NCBI GenBank assembly: GCA_030265395.1
Contig: JARFYF010000002.1
Coordinates: 53,947,792 to 54,011,791 of the forward strand
Source of the DNA: Rhina ancylostomus
Taxonomy: Eukaryota
Reading direction: 5' to 3'
Length of the DNA stretch: 64,000 nucleotides
Below the pieces are notes generated by a model, which was not told where the DNA came from, made no database searches, and saw nothing but the letters and a program-made list of their open reading frames with translations. The position numbers and the translations under genes were made by a program. Below, piece after piece: positions 26,636 through 42,034 of this stretch (positions are counted from its first letter, which is position 1; each line of letters opens with the position of its first letter).

Positions 26636-28004
26636 TTCAATTAGTGTACATTTGCTGAAGTGTGTGCGCAAACTGGCCCTTCCAGTGAAGCATTTTTTTG
26701 CAAAAGCAATCAATTAAACTGTGAGAGTAACCAGTATTTGGAGGCGAGGCTTCATTCTGTGGAACTGTCTGGGGTTGATAACCTACCCTGCAGGGACATT
26801 CTTGCTGATACTTTAAAAGCTTTTAAAATTACAATTTATTTCACTATATTTTATTTGCAGTGTCTGCAGATCTTTAGGTCTGACTGCATTGTGCTACTGA
26901 AAGGTTCTTTTACAGAAAGAAACTAGAATGAAGATACTTGACCTGGATGATATATTTCCAATGGCTTATTTGTATTGCTTCATTTTACTGTAGTTAAGTC
27001 ATTAAAAGGGTGTAGGCAAATTGTTGTCAGTTATTTCCAATTTGATTTGACATTTTGCATTTTGACTGGAAAAAAGCAATTTAGGAAAAATCAATATTGA
27101 AAACGGTTGTGTGGGCTGCATTTTATGTAGGAATGGCCGCAGTTTTTTAAGTGCATGACATAGTTTGATCAGCTTATTTTTGTTTTGCTCTATGAAAAAT
27201 ATTCACTTCAACTGGAATTGCATTGCATCAGGCAATTTGGTGAGCATTCAAAAAGTTCAGGAGAGTGTCAGCTTGCAGTGATGCTGTCTGTTATCAGTTG
27301 ACAGTAAAGTGAGGTAAATATCCTACTGTAACAAGTCATTTATTGATGATGTTCTCACTTGGAACTACATTGTATGTTATCATTTATGGTTTTGTGACTT
27401 TTTTTTTAGACCATTAAATGTTAATCATAATCCTGATTGACAATGTGCATATATACACCATTTTACAGATTGAAATCTTGTATAGTTGAGTCAAATGGAG
27501 AGTTATGAGAAATGTATGTCTTTGCTAAGATTATAATTTTTTTGATGCCTATCTACACAGGCATGTAGGAATAAAATTTGGATTGATTACAGCTGAGATG
27601 AGCAGGCAAATGAAAGTATAATGTCGAGGTTGTTCTGACTAAAGTTTGAATTTAAGAGCATAGTCCAAAACTGGAGGTTGGGGTATTCAACAGAAAACCT
27701 TCTTTACTCGGTAATTAGAATGTAGAAAATACTATGATAAGGAGTAGTTGAGGTGAGTAGTAATAGATGCATCTGAGGTGGAACCAGATAAGTAAGTATT
27801 CGTTGGGAAAGGCACAGAAGTACGTAATAAGGGATGAAGTGGACAGAAACACTGACAACAGGCTTGAACACCTGTTTCTCTGTTTTAGACTCAAATATGA
27901 GTGTGGTAATGAAGACTGCTATAGAAATTAATGAACATATTTGGAATGTAGTGCCGAATTACTCATAACTAAACATTCTATCCTTTCTTGTCTAGGTGTG
28001 AATT

Positions 28005-28188
28005 ATGCCACTTTTTAGGAACTTGACCAAGATTACCAAACAGGCAGTACTGAGCAATGGTTGTAGTTGCCAGATTCCTGCTGTCACTTGCAGGCTGATG
28101 AGCTGGAGCCCCAGACAATTAAATGCAGATGCTAGCTTTCACTCAGTGTCTTTTGCTGAATCAGATCACCCCCGTGTTCTTATCACTG
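28005..28188 (+). CDS. TDH: TDH coding exon 1 (mitochondrial presequence to the start of the Rossmann fold)
   Basis: Acceptor tctag|27996, ATG 28005; MPLFRNLTKITKQAV...ADASFHSVSFAESDHPRVLITG; donor G|gtacgt. Confidence 0.93.
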
Positions 28189-29088
28189 GTACGTATCTTC
28201 AGTCTTTTGGTAATCTTCATGTAAAATTAGAAATTAATTTAATCAACTTGATGATATGACTTTGTGGGAAAGAAACTCCCAAAGCATGTCTAAATTTTAA
28301 CAAAAGTGAAAATGGATAGAAGTGAACAAGTCAAAAGAATTTAAAACTTGGGTACAAATTTAGTTCTATTTTTTGACTTATTTTCTCCTGAAGACCTTAT
28401 CGTGGCATGACTAAATTATTTCATGATAGTCAGCACCAGTTGACAACTTGGTGAAGTTGTGCTTGAGTATGAAATGTAGCTATGAATGCCATTAGGATAT
28501 TTGATTCTAACATTTTTATTGCCATGTAAGTTGATTCATGTGCCAGATCCTCATGGACATTTCTGGCATGAGTCACTGAATAAGTGAGGCCAAAGCTCCA
28601 CTAATATTTTAAGCATGTCCCAGTGACACTTAGGTGTAGTTGCAAGAGCCCTTCTGTCAACTCAGACAAGAGATGGCTAAAGTAGTGTTGATGAGCTATC
28701 AACTGTAAAGTTCTTAATCGAGATCTACTGTTGTCCTCATTCTAAACCTTTGTAAACTTGTGCCCACAGTAATAGATAGCTATAACTTTGTTAACAGCAC
28801 TGACATGCAGAATACTGCTACCAATATATAATCAAGATGAGAGAGTTGTTTCAAAAATACGTTTAAATAGCAGCCAATATCATATTAAATGACAGGCTTG
28901 AGAGAGCTGCTGCTCCTATTTTTGTGTTCTTGTGCATGTTTGTTTCAAATTTAAAATGCAACAGTTCATGAAGTGCAGAACAAATTACTACGTACAAGTT
29001 ACGATAATGCGTCACTTACTTTGAGTTAACATTGGGGACTATATGTTATGCTTATGTATTTGGTATAAACAATCCAGATCTGTTTTAC

Positions 29089-29764
29089 TGTTGTGTGAAA
29101 TCTACGTGGCTGTAACATGACAGTAACGACACTGACCCCTGCTGGTCGGAGGACAGTGTTGCTTCTCTGATCGGAAGTGATACTACTGTCAATCCAGGTG
29201 CGGCTCCACCCACCCGAAGTGTGAGAGTAGCCCTTTTGTCTCTGAACTTGCCTGACCACTCTAAACTTGTCTGATCATTGGCTGCAGCAGGTACCTTTGT
29301 CTTTGACCCCCAAACCATTGGCCCATTTAAATTACTCAGTGAGGCTCCACCCAGCCTCCTAGCACCATAAAAAGGGCTACAATCTCCTAGCCCTCTCTCT
29401 TTGACCCCAGGAGTAGTGAGACAATGCTGCAGAGATCACTGGTTAGAGTGCGTCACCACGTGGTTTGGGAGTGTTCCACTCAGACTCCGAGCAGTGTTAG
29501 GGCTGATGCTAGTGTGGATCAGGCATTGAAGTGTTATATCCTGAAGTTGTACATTGTTATTGTGTGCTTGTGTGCATCAGTGTGTGTGTATCTTATCCTA
29601 GTTACAATCCCCTCTCGTGTTCGTGGTATCCTGCGTGTGAGTGTGTGTCTGTTCCTATTCATTCTGTCCCGAGTTTGCATTTGTGATTAAACTAGTTTTG
29701 ATATCCAAAGCTCGTGTCCAGAGTCCTTGATCCTTAAGGTTGAAAAGAACCATTTCACACAACA
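29089..29764 (+). mobile_element. Solo LTR (676 bp) in a TDH intron
   Basis: TG...CA ends; perfect 13-bp terminal inverted repeat TGTTGTGTGAAAT/ATTTCACACAACA; 5-bp TSD TTTAC (29084-29088, 29765-29769); TATA-like CATAAAAA 29366 and ATTAAA 29686. Confidence 0.85.
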
Positions 29765-30538
29765 TTTACCAATTTAAAAGAAATTGAATAAAAGTTTGTT
29801 TTTACTACTCCTGAACAAAGATATGAGATTCCCTGAGCAGTTGTCATGTCTTTGACAAACAAGTGTGACTATGTATACTATTTACAAAGATAACTTGTTT
29901 ACAAAGGACTTGTAGTTGGCATTGTGTAATAATGGTCATTGGCATGACTAAATTATTATTCCATTCCAATGTTCAATTAATTCTCTTGTATTTGACAAAT
30001 GATTGCTCTGCTGCCCTACAACCTGTAAAATGTTCACAGCAAAATTCAAAGTCAAAATTGAGGTTATTGTCATATGTATAAATACATGTATGCACAAGTT
30101 CAATAAAAAGTTTACTTGCAGCAACATCACAGGCACACGGCATCACATAAGCAGCATTCACAAGAAAAACATAAACATAAATCATACACAATTTTTACAA
30201 GAAAGCTGCCTGGGGTTCATAGCATAGTATTGCTCATTCATTTAAATGGCTTAAAAGTACATTGGTTACTGCAGTTGTTTCCACTGCAGTTTTGTGTGGT
30301 TGCTGTGTTGCATTATGAGCAATTTAATTGATGGTATGTAATAGTATGTTAGCTCATATTTATAGATATTATTCTATCAAGACAGTGTTACATGTACTCA
30401 CTGGTATCGCCCAGAGCTGCCTTACTAAAAGAATTTTTCCTTATCAGAGTGCAGCAATTAGGACCAAGCTGGATTCATGGTGTTTGCCCCTCAGTGCAAT
30501 GTTTCAGTTAGATAGTCATAATATGTTTTGTTTTTCAG

Positions 30539-30581
30539 GTGGGTTAGGACAGCTTGGTGTAGGGCTTGCTAAATTGCTAAG
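30539..30581 (+). CDS. TDH: TDH coding exon 2 (GxxGxxG NAD-binding motif)
   Basis: cag|GT...AG|gtacgt, 43 nt; GGLGQLGVGLAKLLR. Confidence 0.95.
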
Positions 30582-30940
30582 GTACGTAACTGTAATATTA
30601 CATTAGAATGGTAAGAGGTTAAATGATGTACTGTATATGTAACAAATAAGTATGTCAAAACTGCAGCGTTTGAAGTTAACTTCATTATTTTTCAAAAATT
30701 AACAAAGTGACAATTTTTAAAGACCATACCATACAAAAGCTTCTTGTGGAAGCAAAGTGGTATTATTTTCACATGTGTTAAAGTAAAACTTCCTGTTTGG
30801 CAAAGGACACCTAGAACTTATAAACTTACTGCAACATATTTTTCAAACGAGTAAGATCTTGTGGATAGAAAAACATCTTCAGTCCAGATCATTTTTGTAT
30901 CAGTGGAGGGAGGGGTTTTTTTTTGCATTAATTAAGCTAA

Positions 30941-31081
<141 letters not shown>

Positions 31082-31121
31082 TAAAAATTGTTTACCTTTC
31101 AGCATTGAAAAGATCATGTAA

Positions 31122-31731
<610 letters not shown>

Positions 31732-32029
31732 TGAAGAAATTCCACCAAATAAAACGCAAAACTACTTGCTTACTGTTTTAATTGTTTTAGTTGAATATAC
31801 ATAGTTCATTAATTGTTGACTCTGGGGCAAAAGTCATTTTTCAACTTTATTGTAATTGGGACCAGAAAAAAATAAATCTTAGTTGACTCATTGATCTGTT
31901 TATCTTCCTCCATTGTCCTTTACCTTGAATGTATTGTTCCATGAGCCTCTATTGCCAGGGTAATGTTCACAGCTGTACACATACTTAAATGTGTTGCATG
32001 ATATTTTTTATTTTACTTCACTTGATTAG

Positions 32030-32410
32030 AGGCTGGGATTTTCCTTGAAGCAGATAGGGTTGAGAGGGGATCTGCTGGAGGTTTTTAAAATTAAAAAGGA
32101 TCTAGACAGTAGATGGAAAGAGGTTTCTAGTGGTGGAAAGATCAAGAACAAGAGGACGAAAAACAAAGGAAATTGGCTAAAAAATAATGTGATTTAAAAC
32201 TTTTTATGCAGAGCAGTTAGGATCTGGAATGCATAGCAAGTGTTAGGATAATGGATGCAGATTCATTAGTTGTTTTCAAAAAGGAACTGGATGACAAGGA
32301 AAAAAAATGCGGAGCTTTGGGGAGAGAACATAGGAATGGGACTGGTTGGATTGCTTTTGTTTTTGTAGATTCATTGGGCCAAGTGACCTTCTTCCATGCT
32401 GTAATCTCTG
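32030..32410 (+). mobile_element. CR1-type LINE 3' fragment, old
   Basis: aggctgggattttccttg..ggttgagaggggatctg..gaggtttttaaaatt..ggatctggaatgca, matching other CR1 tails here. Confidence 0.55.
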
Positions 32411-33710
32411 TTGCTTTAATGTTGATCTGCTATTGACCTCAACTATTGTTAGTTCTGACTGTTGTGACTAAATTAATGAGCAATCCATTGCATATGTGCA
32501 TGGTTTTTAGGTCAGTTTTAGTGCTGAATTGCTTCACATTCAACTTTTTTTTTAAAAAAGGCTGATGGAATTCTTCCTCTTGTGTAGCTCCTCCAGGATC
32601 AAGGATGGCTTGCTTTCACTTTTACCACCTCAGAACCCACTAAATTAATGAGACAAATGTGGGAATTGCAGACTTTTCCATAGATGGAGCAGGAGGTTGG
32701 GGGATGGGGGTGGGGGGCGGGGGGGGGGGGGCAGTTGAATTTGTGAGGGGCTACATTCCTTCCACCACTTAGGTGGAGCTTCCTGTGTTTCTGACACAAG
32801 GTCTTTGTTTTCAATGCCTCTGGAATGCTGCTGTTCTTTTTGAGTGGTCGTGGGCCAGAGATTCCCAGGAGTTAGTGGAAATGCTGAACTTCTTCAAGGA
32901 AACTTTGAGCATGCCCTTGAATTAACAACAAGTTAACTGACGAGATTTGGAATTACATTAGTAATGGTGCACGGGGAGAAAATAGGAAAATGTGTGGGAA
33001 TTATTCAGAGCAGATTTGTGACATCTGCTAATTTTATAATTAGCAAGTTAATACAAGTTACAGGGAAAGGAAGAGCAGGGTTTCCAAGAATGTGTATTAC
33101 AAGTTGATTGCTTTTTTTTCATGTAAAAGTCTGTAGAAAGGGAGTTGTATGTTGTATAGAATATGTGAAGGAATGTTAAAAATAGAAGTAACTTATTTAG
33201 TACGTTGGTTAGATCGGAGTTCTGAAAGTTTGCTTAGGAGGAGGGATTTAATAGTTTACTTTTTATACACAATGGATTTGAATTCCACCTAATCCAAGGT
33301 AACCAGCATTTGTGTGCATTACAGAAGGCAAAGCAGAATGGCCGAATAGTCATGTTTCATTCTATACTATGTTCATCTGTTCAGTTTCTCAGTCCTCAAT
33401 TATCCTTTTAATCTAACATTTAACTTTCTCTCATTTACTATAGCTGAAATCACCTGCAGATTGTTGCATACTATAGTCTTTTTACAATGTTTAGAAGATA
33501 AACTTGATAAGTATCCTAGACTTAAGATAGTGTAGTAGCAAGAGAAACTGGAATAATCAGAAGTGCAATTAAAGCAGCTTTGGTCAAATGCAGCTGAATT
33601 CTGGCACTTAGCTAATTGTGTTTTCTAAGTAGAATAGTTTCAAATCTCATTTAACATTTTTCTTTGTACATGGGTATATATTGATTTTATAATGTGTATT
33701 TGCTCGTTAG

Positions 33711-33866
<156 letters not shown>

Positions 33867-34049
33867 TGAGGTTAAAATGGGTTTAAATGAGATTAAATTA
33901 AAAAGAAAATTGCTGGAAAGAGCCAGAGAGATAACTGCTTCTCTCTTCGTGCATGGTACCTGACTTGCTAAGTATTTCCAGCATTTTGTTGTATTTCAGA
34001 TTTCCAGCATCTGCAGTACTTTTCTGCTGGACTTGAAGGCGATGATGAG

Positions 34050-34325
34050 ATATCTTTATTAATAACGTGTACATCGAACCACATAGTGAAATGCATCTTT
34101 TGTGTAGTGTGCTGGGGGCAGCCCACAAGTGTTGCCACACTTCTGGCACTAACATAGCATGCCCACAGCTTTCTAATTCGTATGTCTTTGGAAAGTGGTA
34201 AGAAACTGGAGCACCTGGAAGAAACCCACGCAGACACGGGGATAACGTAGAAACTCCTTACAGACAGCGGCCAGAATTGAACCCTGGTTGCTGGAACTGT
34301 AATATTGTGCTAACCGCAACATGGT
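34050..34325 (-). mobile_element. tRNA-derived V-SINE (HE1-like)
   Basis: Minus strand has a tRNA-like head (gggttcaattctgg) and V-domain ccccgtgtctgcgtgggtttcttccaggtgctccagtttc; related copies at 37.4 and 47.6 kb. Confidence 0.75.
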
Positions 34326-35076
34326 TAGCAAGACCTAAATTGGAGTGTCAGATAAAGCATGTTTCAATAGTTTAGCTAATGCAGTTTCTGCTGCATTGAC
34401 TTTTGCAGCAAATTACAACTGATCCTAGAAATTTGTACCATCCACATTTACCTGTATGCAGTTCGACCTGTTTGCTACTAATGCTGCATTCCTATTATAT
34501 AAAGCTTTGTATTTTTAAATGCCATCGGAGGATTTTTTATTTGCCTAGTTAAGGATTGCATGTTTGGATCAGGGAAACCTAATGCAGAATGGTGCTTCAG
34601 GGACTGCTGTGCATTTTGTAGATGATTCAGATGCAGCCATGTTGCATTAGCTTTCTTGTCCAGTGTGGAGGGACTGAATGCTTGAACAGGTTTTGTATTA
34701 GTCAAGTGGGCTACTTTGTCCTGGAGGGTGCTGAGTTATTTAAATGTCATTAGAACTACACTTACCCAGGATAGGGAAGAGTATTCCATGATTATCCTGA
34801 TTTTTGGATTTAAGAAAATAGAAGGTCATTGGTGAGTTGATTCACTAATTGCAGGAAAAGCAGTTCCTTGCCTGTTCTCCAAGCCACAGGATTTATGTGG
34901 ATTGTTCAGTTGGAATTTCTGGTCAATTGTAACTTCCAGAAAGCTGATGGAGTATGGCAATAGTAATGCCTTTGAACTACGGGGTAGGTGGTCTTGCAGT
35001 ACACAGCCAAGAGCTGCTTCAATTTCTAAGGAATTGCACATGGAATTAAACAAACTGCAATCTTCAGTGACTAACC

Positions 35077-35115
35077 TTGCATATGAAGGTCATTTGCATA
35101 TGAAGGTCATTTGCA
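35077..35115. repeat. 17-bp tandem duplication
   Basis: TTGCATATGAAGGTCAT twice plus TTGCA. Confidence 0.85.
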
Positions 35116-37021
35116 ACTCTTGCCGCTGAGGTGACTCTATTACCATCATCAGGTAGTGTGACCCCAACCAATGGTGAGTTTTCCCCTTGATTTCCAGACT
35201 CTTTGATGTTACGCTTGGTCAAATGCTATCCTGATTATTGAGAGCAGTCATTCTCATCTCCCCTTTTTGAATATTCTTTACTTAGTATTGAGTCCAAGGC
35301 TGAAGCTGGGTGATCTTGGCAAAAGCCAAATTGAGAATTGGGATGCAGGTTATTGTCAGTCAGTGCCATTTGATAGCCCTGTTAATAACCCTTTCTATTG
35401 CTTTTCTAATGATTGAGAGTAGACTAGTTATAATTAATCAGATTAATTACTACTAGCTTTTGTAGACTGGATATATCTTGTCAATTTTTCTTGTTGGAAG
35501 GGTGCCAGCAATGTAACTGCTTAGCCAAAGGCACCACTATTTTAAGTCTTCAGCACCACAGCCAGGATGTTGCTTGGCCCAAAAGAGTTTTCTGTATCCA
35601 GTGCTCTCATTTGTCTTGAAGAGCAAATTGAATTAGCTGACGAGTTCGATAGCGAGGATCTTGGGAGGAAACTGAGATAGATTGTCCACTTAGCTCTTCT
35701 GGCAAATTGTTGTAAAAGTTTTGGTCCTGTCTTTAGCAGTCATTTGGTGGGCTCTGCCATTGAGAATGGATATGTTCCTAAAGTTCTTCCATCTAGCTGT
35801 TACAGTTGTCCATCACCATTCATGACTGGTAGTGCAGGATTAGAGTTTTTGTGTATGTTGTTTGCAGGGTTGCCTTGGCTGTGCCTGGCAAATGCTGCTT
35901 TTGTTGTATGATGCACATTCAGTCCTCTTCAGTTTTTTCTTGGTATACCTGGTGTGTTTCCCACCATACCCTTCTGCATTGCTTATTAAGTAGGATTTGT
36001 TGAGTGACTGAACATGACTACTATTTTATACCTTACATTTCTCTCTACCGTTATTGTGTTTGTTCATTTAAGGGACTGCACATGATGGTACTGAGATACA
36101 ACAGTAGTTAAAAGTGTACATGGTGGAACTGCTCCTTCAAACATTGCACAGGTTTTGTAAATATAGCCAGTGAATCATGGGCAGTGGCTTCTGTTTCCTT
36201 GGCATTATTCCAGAATTCCAAGAATCTCTCCTTGGTTGGCTTTTATCCACATCTTGCTGCTTTATACTGTCCACTACACAACAGTCAACATGCATATATT
36301 AAGAACAAGCATTACCATTCCTAATGTACTTCAAAAGGCCTAAATAAGTAGGTACCTTTTCAGTTCAACATTAGAACAAAAACATACCCAGCTACCCAGC
36401 AGCCCTACTCACAGGCTGAAGCAGACTTGATGCATTTTTTGAGACTCCTGTGAAAAGCTGTTATTTCCTCTTCCGATAACATTGCCTGTATTAGCTTGTC
36501 TATTGTTATCTAGTTTGGCTTTTTTAGCATGAGAATAAGCTGTTCTATAACTCTGTCCTTAAATGACTGTGGTGTATTAACTTTAAGATACTTGCTGTCT
36601 TCTGACTCCTTTCATGGTTTGCATTTGCAGATCTGTACATCTTTTTCCTTCCTCAAAAGCTCCTTATCTCTGACCACAGGCTGCTGTGCAAACCCTGTCA
36701 TTTGGTGATAAGGCACAGACAAACTTGTTTCACTTTCTGGGACTTGCACCACCCTTCTCTCCAAACCTGTCACTGCTTCTTGGTGTCCTGTGGGATTGAG
36801 GATGGCTTACTTTCATTGCCATTGGGTTTCATCAGTGAATTAATGGAATGAGTCCTGAGTCCTTGGCAAGGAAATCCACGATTGGAGACCATGCTTTATT
36901 GTGCAGACCTGGCACACACGTGGATGTCCCCATGAACACATGGGTCACTCTGCTCATGCACAAGTGTGGAGGTTCATGCTCACACCCTCTGCCTCACAAC
37001 CCTATTCAATTTTAATTGCAG

Positions 37022-37205
37022 TGAACAGCTTCTTCCTGTCCGCCATCAAATTTCTGAATGGTCCATGAAGACTACCTCATTATTCTTCTTTTGTACTATT
37101 TATTTACTTTTGTAACTTGCAATAATTTTTATGTCTTGTGCTGTACTGCTGCCGCAAAACAACAAATTTTACAACGTGTCAGTGATGATAAACCTGATTT
37201 TGATT
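37022..37205 (+). mobile_element. Rex1-like LINE 3' end
   Basis: aacagcttcttcc..gccatca..tttctgaatgg...tgtactgctgccgcaaaacaacaaatt...ataaacctgattttgatt tail. Confidence 0.55.
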
Positions 37206-37419
37206 TCTCAAAGATACTGGTAAGAAACGATTGATTAATTAGTAAGCTGTTTCATACAAATCAAATAGGGTCTTAGTCTGTCTTTGCCAAACTTAGGATG
37301 ATGACAATGGTACCTATGATGTATAGAAAATTAAAACGTAGGAACCAACCAACAGTTATGGAGTTTATATGTAATTGCCCAAAAATTGCTTTTGAAGCAA
37401 GTTTTTCTATATGTCTGCA

Positions 37420-37605
37420 TAGGTTTCCTTTGGGTGCTCTGGTTTCCTCCCACTTTCCAAAGACGTATGGGTTAGGAAGTTGTGGGCATGCTATGTTGGT
37501 GCCAGAAGTGTGGTGACACTTGCGGGCTGCCCCCAGAACACTCGATGCAAAAGATGCATTTCACTGTGTTTTGATGTATATGTGACTAGTAAAAATGTCT
37601 TGTCT
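37420..37605 (+). mobile_element. V-SINE (HE1-like), 5'-truncated
   Basis: gggtgctctggtttcctcccac...gtgggcatgctatgttgg...gatgcatttcactgtg; reverse complement of the 34.1 kb and 47.6 kb copies. Confidence 0.75.
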
Positions 37606-38499
37606 TTATACTTTTAACAAGAAATTAAATGTTATTTTGTGCTAGTCAGCCTCTCTGGCACTTGAAGTTTAATCATTATAAGTGTGGAGCCTCACTAAGC
37701 TTTAATTAAAAGACTTGAAATTTCAAACTGAGATTTTAAATAAGCACTTCTCATAAAATTTTCCCTAATCCAATCTTTCTTCCCTCTTTGAATCAGTGTT
37801 GATTCACCCATTGAATGGTGCAAGATGTGCAAATTATTTTGCAATCATTTTAACAGATCAACAATAGATTGAGAGTAAAGAGAATTTTTCTTAAATAAAC
37901 CTGACAGCAATTAAAACTTCTTGGAACAAGACATTATTTGCTCTCTGATCCCTGACATGTAGAAGGCACAAAGCTATTTCCATCTCTTTCAATAGGAGTT
38001 TGTGGTGCAAATTATTAGGATCAAAGATAACCTAGGAAGAGGGCTAGGCAGTTGGAACAAGTGGATAAAGAGCCCAGTGGCCATCTTCCTTACATCCAGG
38101 ATTCGACTGATTACAGAGATACCTTAACTAGCTCACCAGTCCATCCACACCAGGAGGTCATGTGCAGCCAGAATTTGATGAGCAACTCTTTCAAATAAAA
38201 TCGGGCTGCTAGCTCCTGGGTTCCGGATGCTGCTTAAACCCTTGTCCAGGCAGCAGAAATTACCGGTGGCACTGATGTCTATTGTTGTACCACACAAAGC
38301 AGTTTAGGTGAAAGTTGTTGCCTTCAATAAAAAGCAAGCTCCTTCCTCATCTCTACTTTCAGCAAGACAAAAACACAGGATGTATTCAATACATAGACAT
38401 TAACTATTTTTCATCTATAAACTAAGTGTACATTGCTGTCTTAAACTGCCCTCTATTATTAAATGGGTTTTAGCCATTATTTTAGTTAGTAATTAAACT

Positions 38500-38840
38500 G
38501 GATCTGAACCAGAAGTTTGTGGGTTCAGGTTCTATCTAAGTACAAAACTTAGACTGACATTCCAAAGCAACCATGCACGTTTCATTGCTGGAGGATGTTA
38601 AACTGAGGGCATGTCCATTTTTAAGGTGAATGCAAAGGATGTTACAGATGCGTAACAGCGGGGTTACCTCTACACCATCTGTCTGCCCTGCTATCTCTTG
38701 GTCAATAATTAGACTTCCACCTACACTGATCATTATCAAGTTGATGAAGCTTGCTACACAATTTTTCTGCAGTGTTTCCAACAAAATGGTGACAACAACT
38801 TAAGAAGCACATGAGCTACAAAGCACTTTGTGAATGGATC
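38500..38840 (+). mobile_element. Ancient Deu-domain SINE (SacSINE1/AmnSINE1-like), heavily decayed
   Basis: Segments gtgggttcag, gactgacattcca, gatgttaaactgagg, ggtgaatgcaaaggat, gatcattatca, agcttgct, aaagcactttg follow the recalled Deu-SINE order; a partial copy lies at about 51290-51390. Confidence 0.5.
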
Positions 38841-40709
38841 TTATTTTCCTCCCCTTTCAGTTCACCCTTCATCAACGTAAAGAAAAAAAAATCAACCCTT
38901 ATTTTTCAACTGTACTTTAAGTCACTCTTAATTGATTTCAGTGTGGTTCATTTGCCCTGATTTATAAAGCTCCTTGATCCTTGCAATGTAGATGCTGAAT
39001 GCAAGTTTGTCAATCACTATCAATGTGATTGAATTTTAGCTGTTAATATTTTACTAGTTTCAATTTCAATAACAATTGTAGCTTTTCTTTAGTAAAATGC
39101 TGCAAAACTGCATTGAACCTAGAATTTAATCTTGACTTTTTCAGAATTGTAGCAATATTATGGAGTTCAATACTAAAATAATTGCATACATTTTGAGTAC
39201 ATAATAAAACTGAATTTGACTTGTAGGCAAACAGTAGACATAATATTAATTAGATTTTTTAAAAAAACCTACATCCAAGTGACCATGAACTATTATTGTA
39301 CATAATACAATGGAAATCTAAAATTACTACATAATTTCAAGTTCACTACGTTTCCCAAGAAGGTAGAGAATGTTTTGGTTATTTTGGGAATCTATTACAA
39401 AACATCCTGTTTGCAGAGACTTCATTTGTTGTGCTTCATTTTTTTTGTGTAGCTTCATGGTCATGAAGTTTGGCCTTATCCTTTTGTTCCTTTATTGTTA
39501 TTTTACTTTCCTGGAGTTCTTCAGAAGGTTATATAACATGTGAAACTGCTTTGAGTTTTAAATTATTTTAACAGAACCATCTCTTTTCAACTAAATTTTT
39601 TGCCTTTTAATTCTATCTTCTCATTATTTTGAAAGCTTGTTGTCCACTTAAGTGCTCAACTGTCATTCCACTGTTAACCTTATTTGTGAGTAGTATCAGC
39701 CTATTCAAATATCATAGCTATCAAACAGATCAGTCAGGCAGAAACATAGGGAGGGTTTGGTTGAGGGAGTTCTGGGAGGACTTGGCTTGCCAATGATCAG
39801 AAGAAGATAACCAGGCTCCTCTTTTTTTCCCCCATTACAAAGATTACAGAACCCAGTTGTACCGTTGGCAGATGGATCAATTTGGTATTGTTTGGAGATG
39901 GTGTTTAGGACTCTCCTGATTTGTATTTCTAAGAAGATCTTAATAACAGTTTGGTGCATAAAGTACCCACTATACAAAAAGAAATTGTCAGGTGGACACT
40001 GAGCACCAAGGAGAAGGGAAACAAAATTATTAGGTGTGTTGGAGCTTTTANNNNNNNNNNNNNNNNNNNNNNNNNNNNNNNNNNNNNNNNNNNNNNNNNN
40101 NNNNNNNNNNNNNNNNNNNNNNNNNNNNNNNNNNNNNNNNNNNNNNNNNNAGGTGTGTTGGAGCTTTTAAGAAAAAATTGTCAAGGCTAATTTCCTGGAG
40201 GCAGGTGTTTGGAAAGTGCCATATTTTGGAGAGAAACTATTTTCTCACCTAAATTATAATCAACACTATTATTCACATCTAGAACTTAAAAGCAGAGATC
40301 TTACAGAATAAAGGCAAACACATGTTGGGAACTTATCAATCCAATCAAGAGTGCATCATATTTTATTTAGTGTTTTCATTTAAATTAATTTTAGNNNNNN
40401 NNNNNNTGGTTAGAGCTGCGATTACAAATTAGCAAACTATTGCAAAGAGCATCGTTGTCAAGTGGCTTTCTGTATTTTTTTTGTCTTGCATACTCATGTC
40501 ACTCAAATATACATTTCTTTTACTTAGAAAATGTAAATACCAAATTCTTAATGTTTTATTTGTCCAAAAATCTTATCACCCTGATTTCTGATCTTTTGTT
40601 AAGATCAAAAATTGGCTTTGTAATAGGAGGCAGAGAGTGATCGTATGCGGTTATTTGTATGAAGCTTATGACCAATTAGATATATTCACAATTTGGATAT
40701 GAGTGTAGT

Positions 40710-41510
40710 AAACTCACAGATCACACAAAAATTGGTGGTGTAGGTTGGTGAGGAAGATGGCCTTAGACTACAGTATGATGTTAATCTGTTGGTAAGATAG
40801 GCAGAACATTGGCAGATGAAATTTAACCTAATGTGAGGTGATATACTTTGGGAGGACTAATAAGGATAGGACATACACAATGAATGGTGGGGCTCTATTA
40901 TTGAGGAACAGAAGGTCCTTGGTGTATAACTCCAAGGATCCTGGAAGATGGCAACACAAACAGCTAATCTGGCGAAAAAGGCATAAGGGTTCATTATCTG
41001 GGGCATCGAATGTAAGAGCAGGGAGTTATGGTGCAACTTTATAAAACATTGGTTAGGCCACACTTGGGAGTATAGTATGCAGTTCTGTCACTGCACTGTA
41101 AAAAGATGCGATTACAGTGGAGAGGGTACAGATGAGATTCACCAGGATGTTGCTTTGCTTGGAGCCCTTTAGTTTGGAGAGGGTTTGTTTTCCTTGGTGG
41201 AAGAAGCTGAGGGGGACCTGATAAAGATGTGTAAAATTATGAGGGGCATAGATTACTGAGAACATAAGGTTTAGAGGGCATCTGAGTAAGGTTTGTTTTT
41301 AGGACTGTTGAAATCCAGAATGTTCTGCCTGAGGAGGTTTGGGGGTGGAGGATGGTATTCGCACAACACTTTGGTATTTAGAGGAGCATCTGAATTGTCA
41401 AAATGCAGAAGGCTGCAGACTAAATTTTGGAAATAGGATTATAGTAGATGGGTACTTGATGGTCGGCATGGACACAATGGATCAAAGGGCCTGTGTGCAT
41501 TGTATGACTC
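40710..41510 (+). mobile_element. CR1-type LINE RT/3' fragment
   Basis: ttggttaggccacacttgggagtat..tgcagttctg; gagattcaccaggatgttgc; gctgagggggacctgata; frameshifted. Confidence 0.75.
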
Positions 41511-41602
41511 TAGTTCAAGCTTAGAGCTATTTTGAAAAGTACTTGGATTCACCTTCATAAGAAGTTAATTGTTGAATTTTGCGGCTTGAGTACTTATAAT
41601 GA

Positions 41603-42034
<432 letters not shown>

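Noticed and set aside
29424-29690. 88-aa ORF inside the solo LTR as an alternative TDH first exon
   Set aside because: Low-complexity TG-rich translation; the nearest donor (CTG|GTTAGA) is weak and phase 0, while TDH coding exon 2 needs phase 1.
40032-40170. Direct repeat AGGTGTGTTGGAGCTTTTA flanking a gap
   Set aside because: Identical sequence on both sides of an exactly 100-N gap indicates unmerged overlapping contigs, not a biological repeat.
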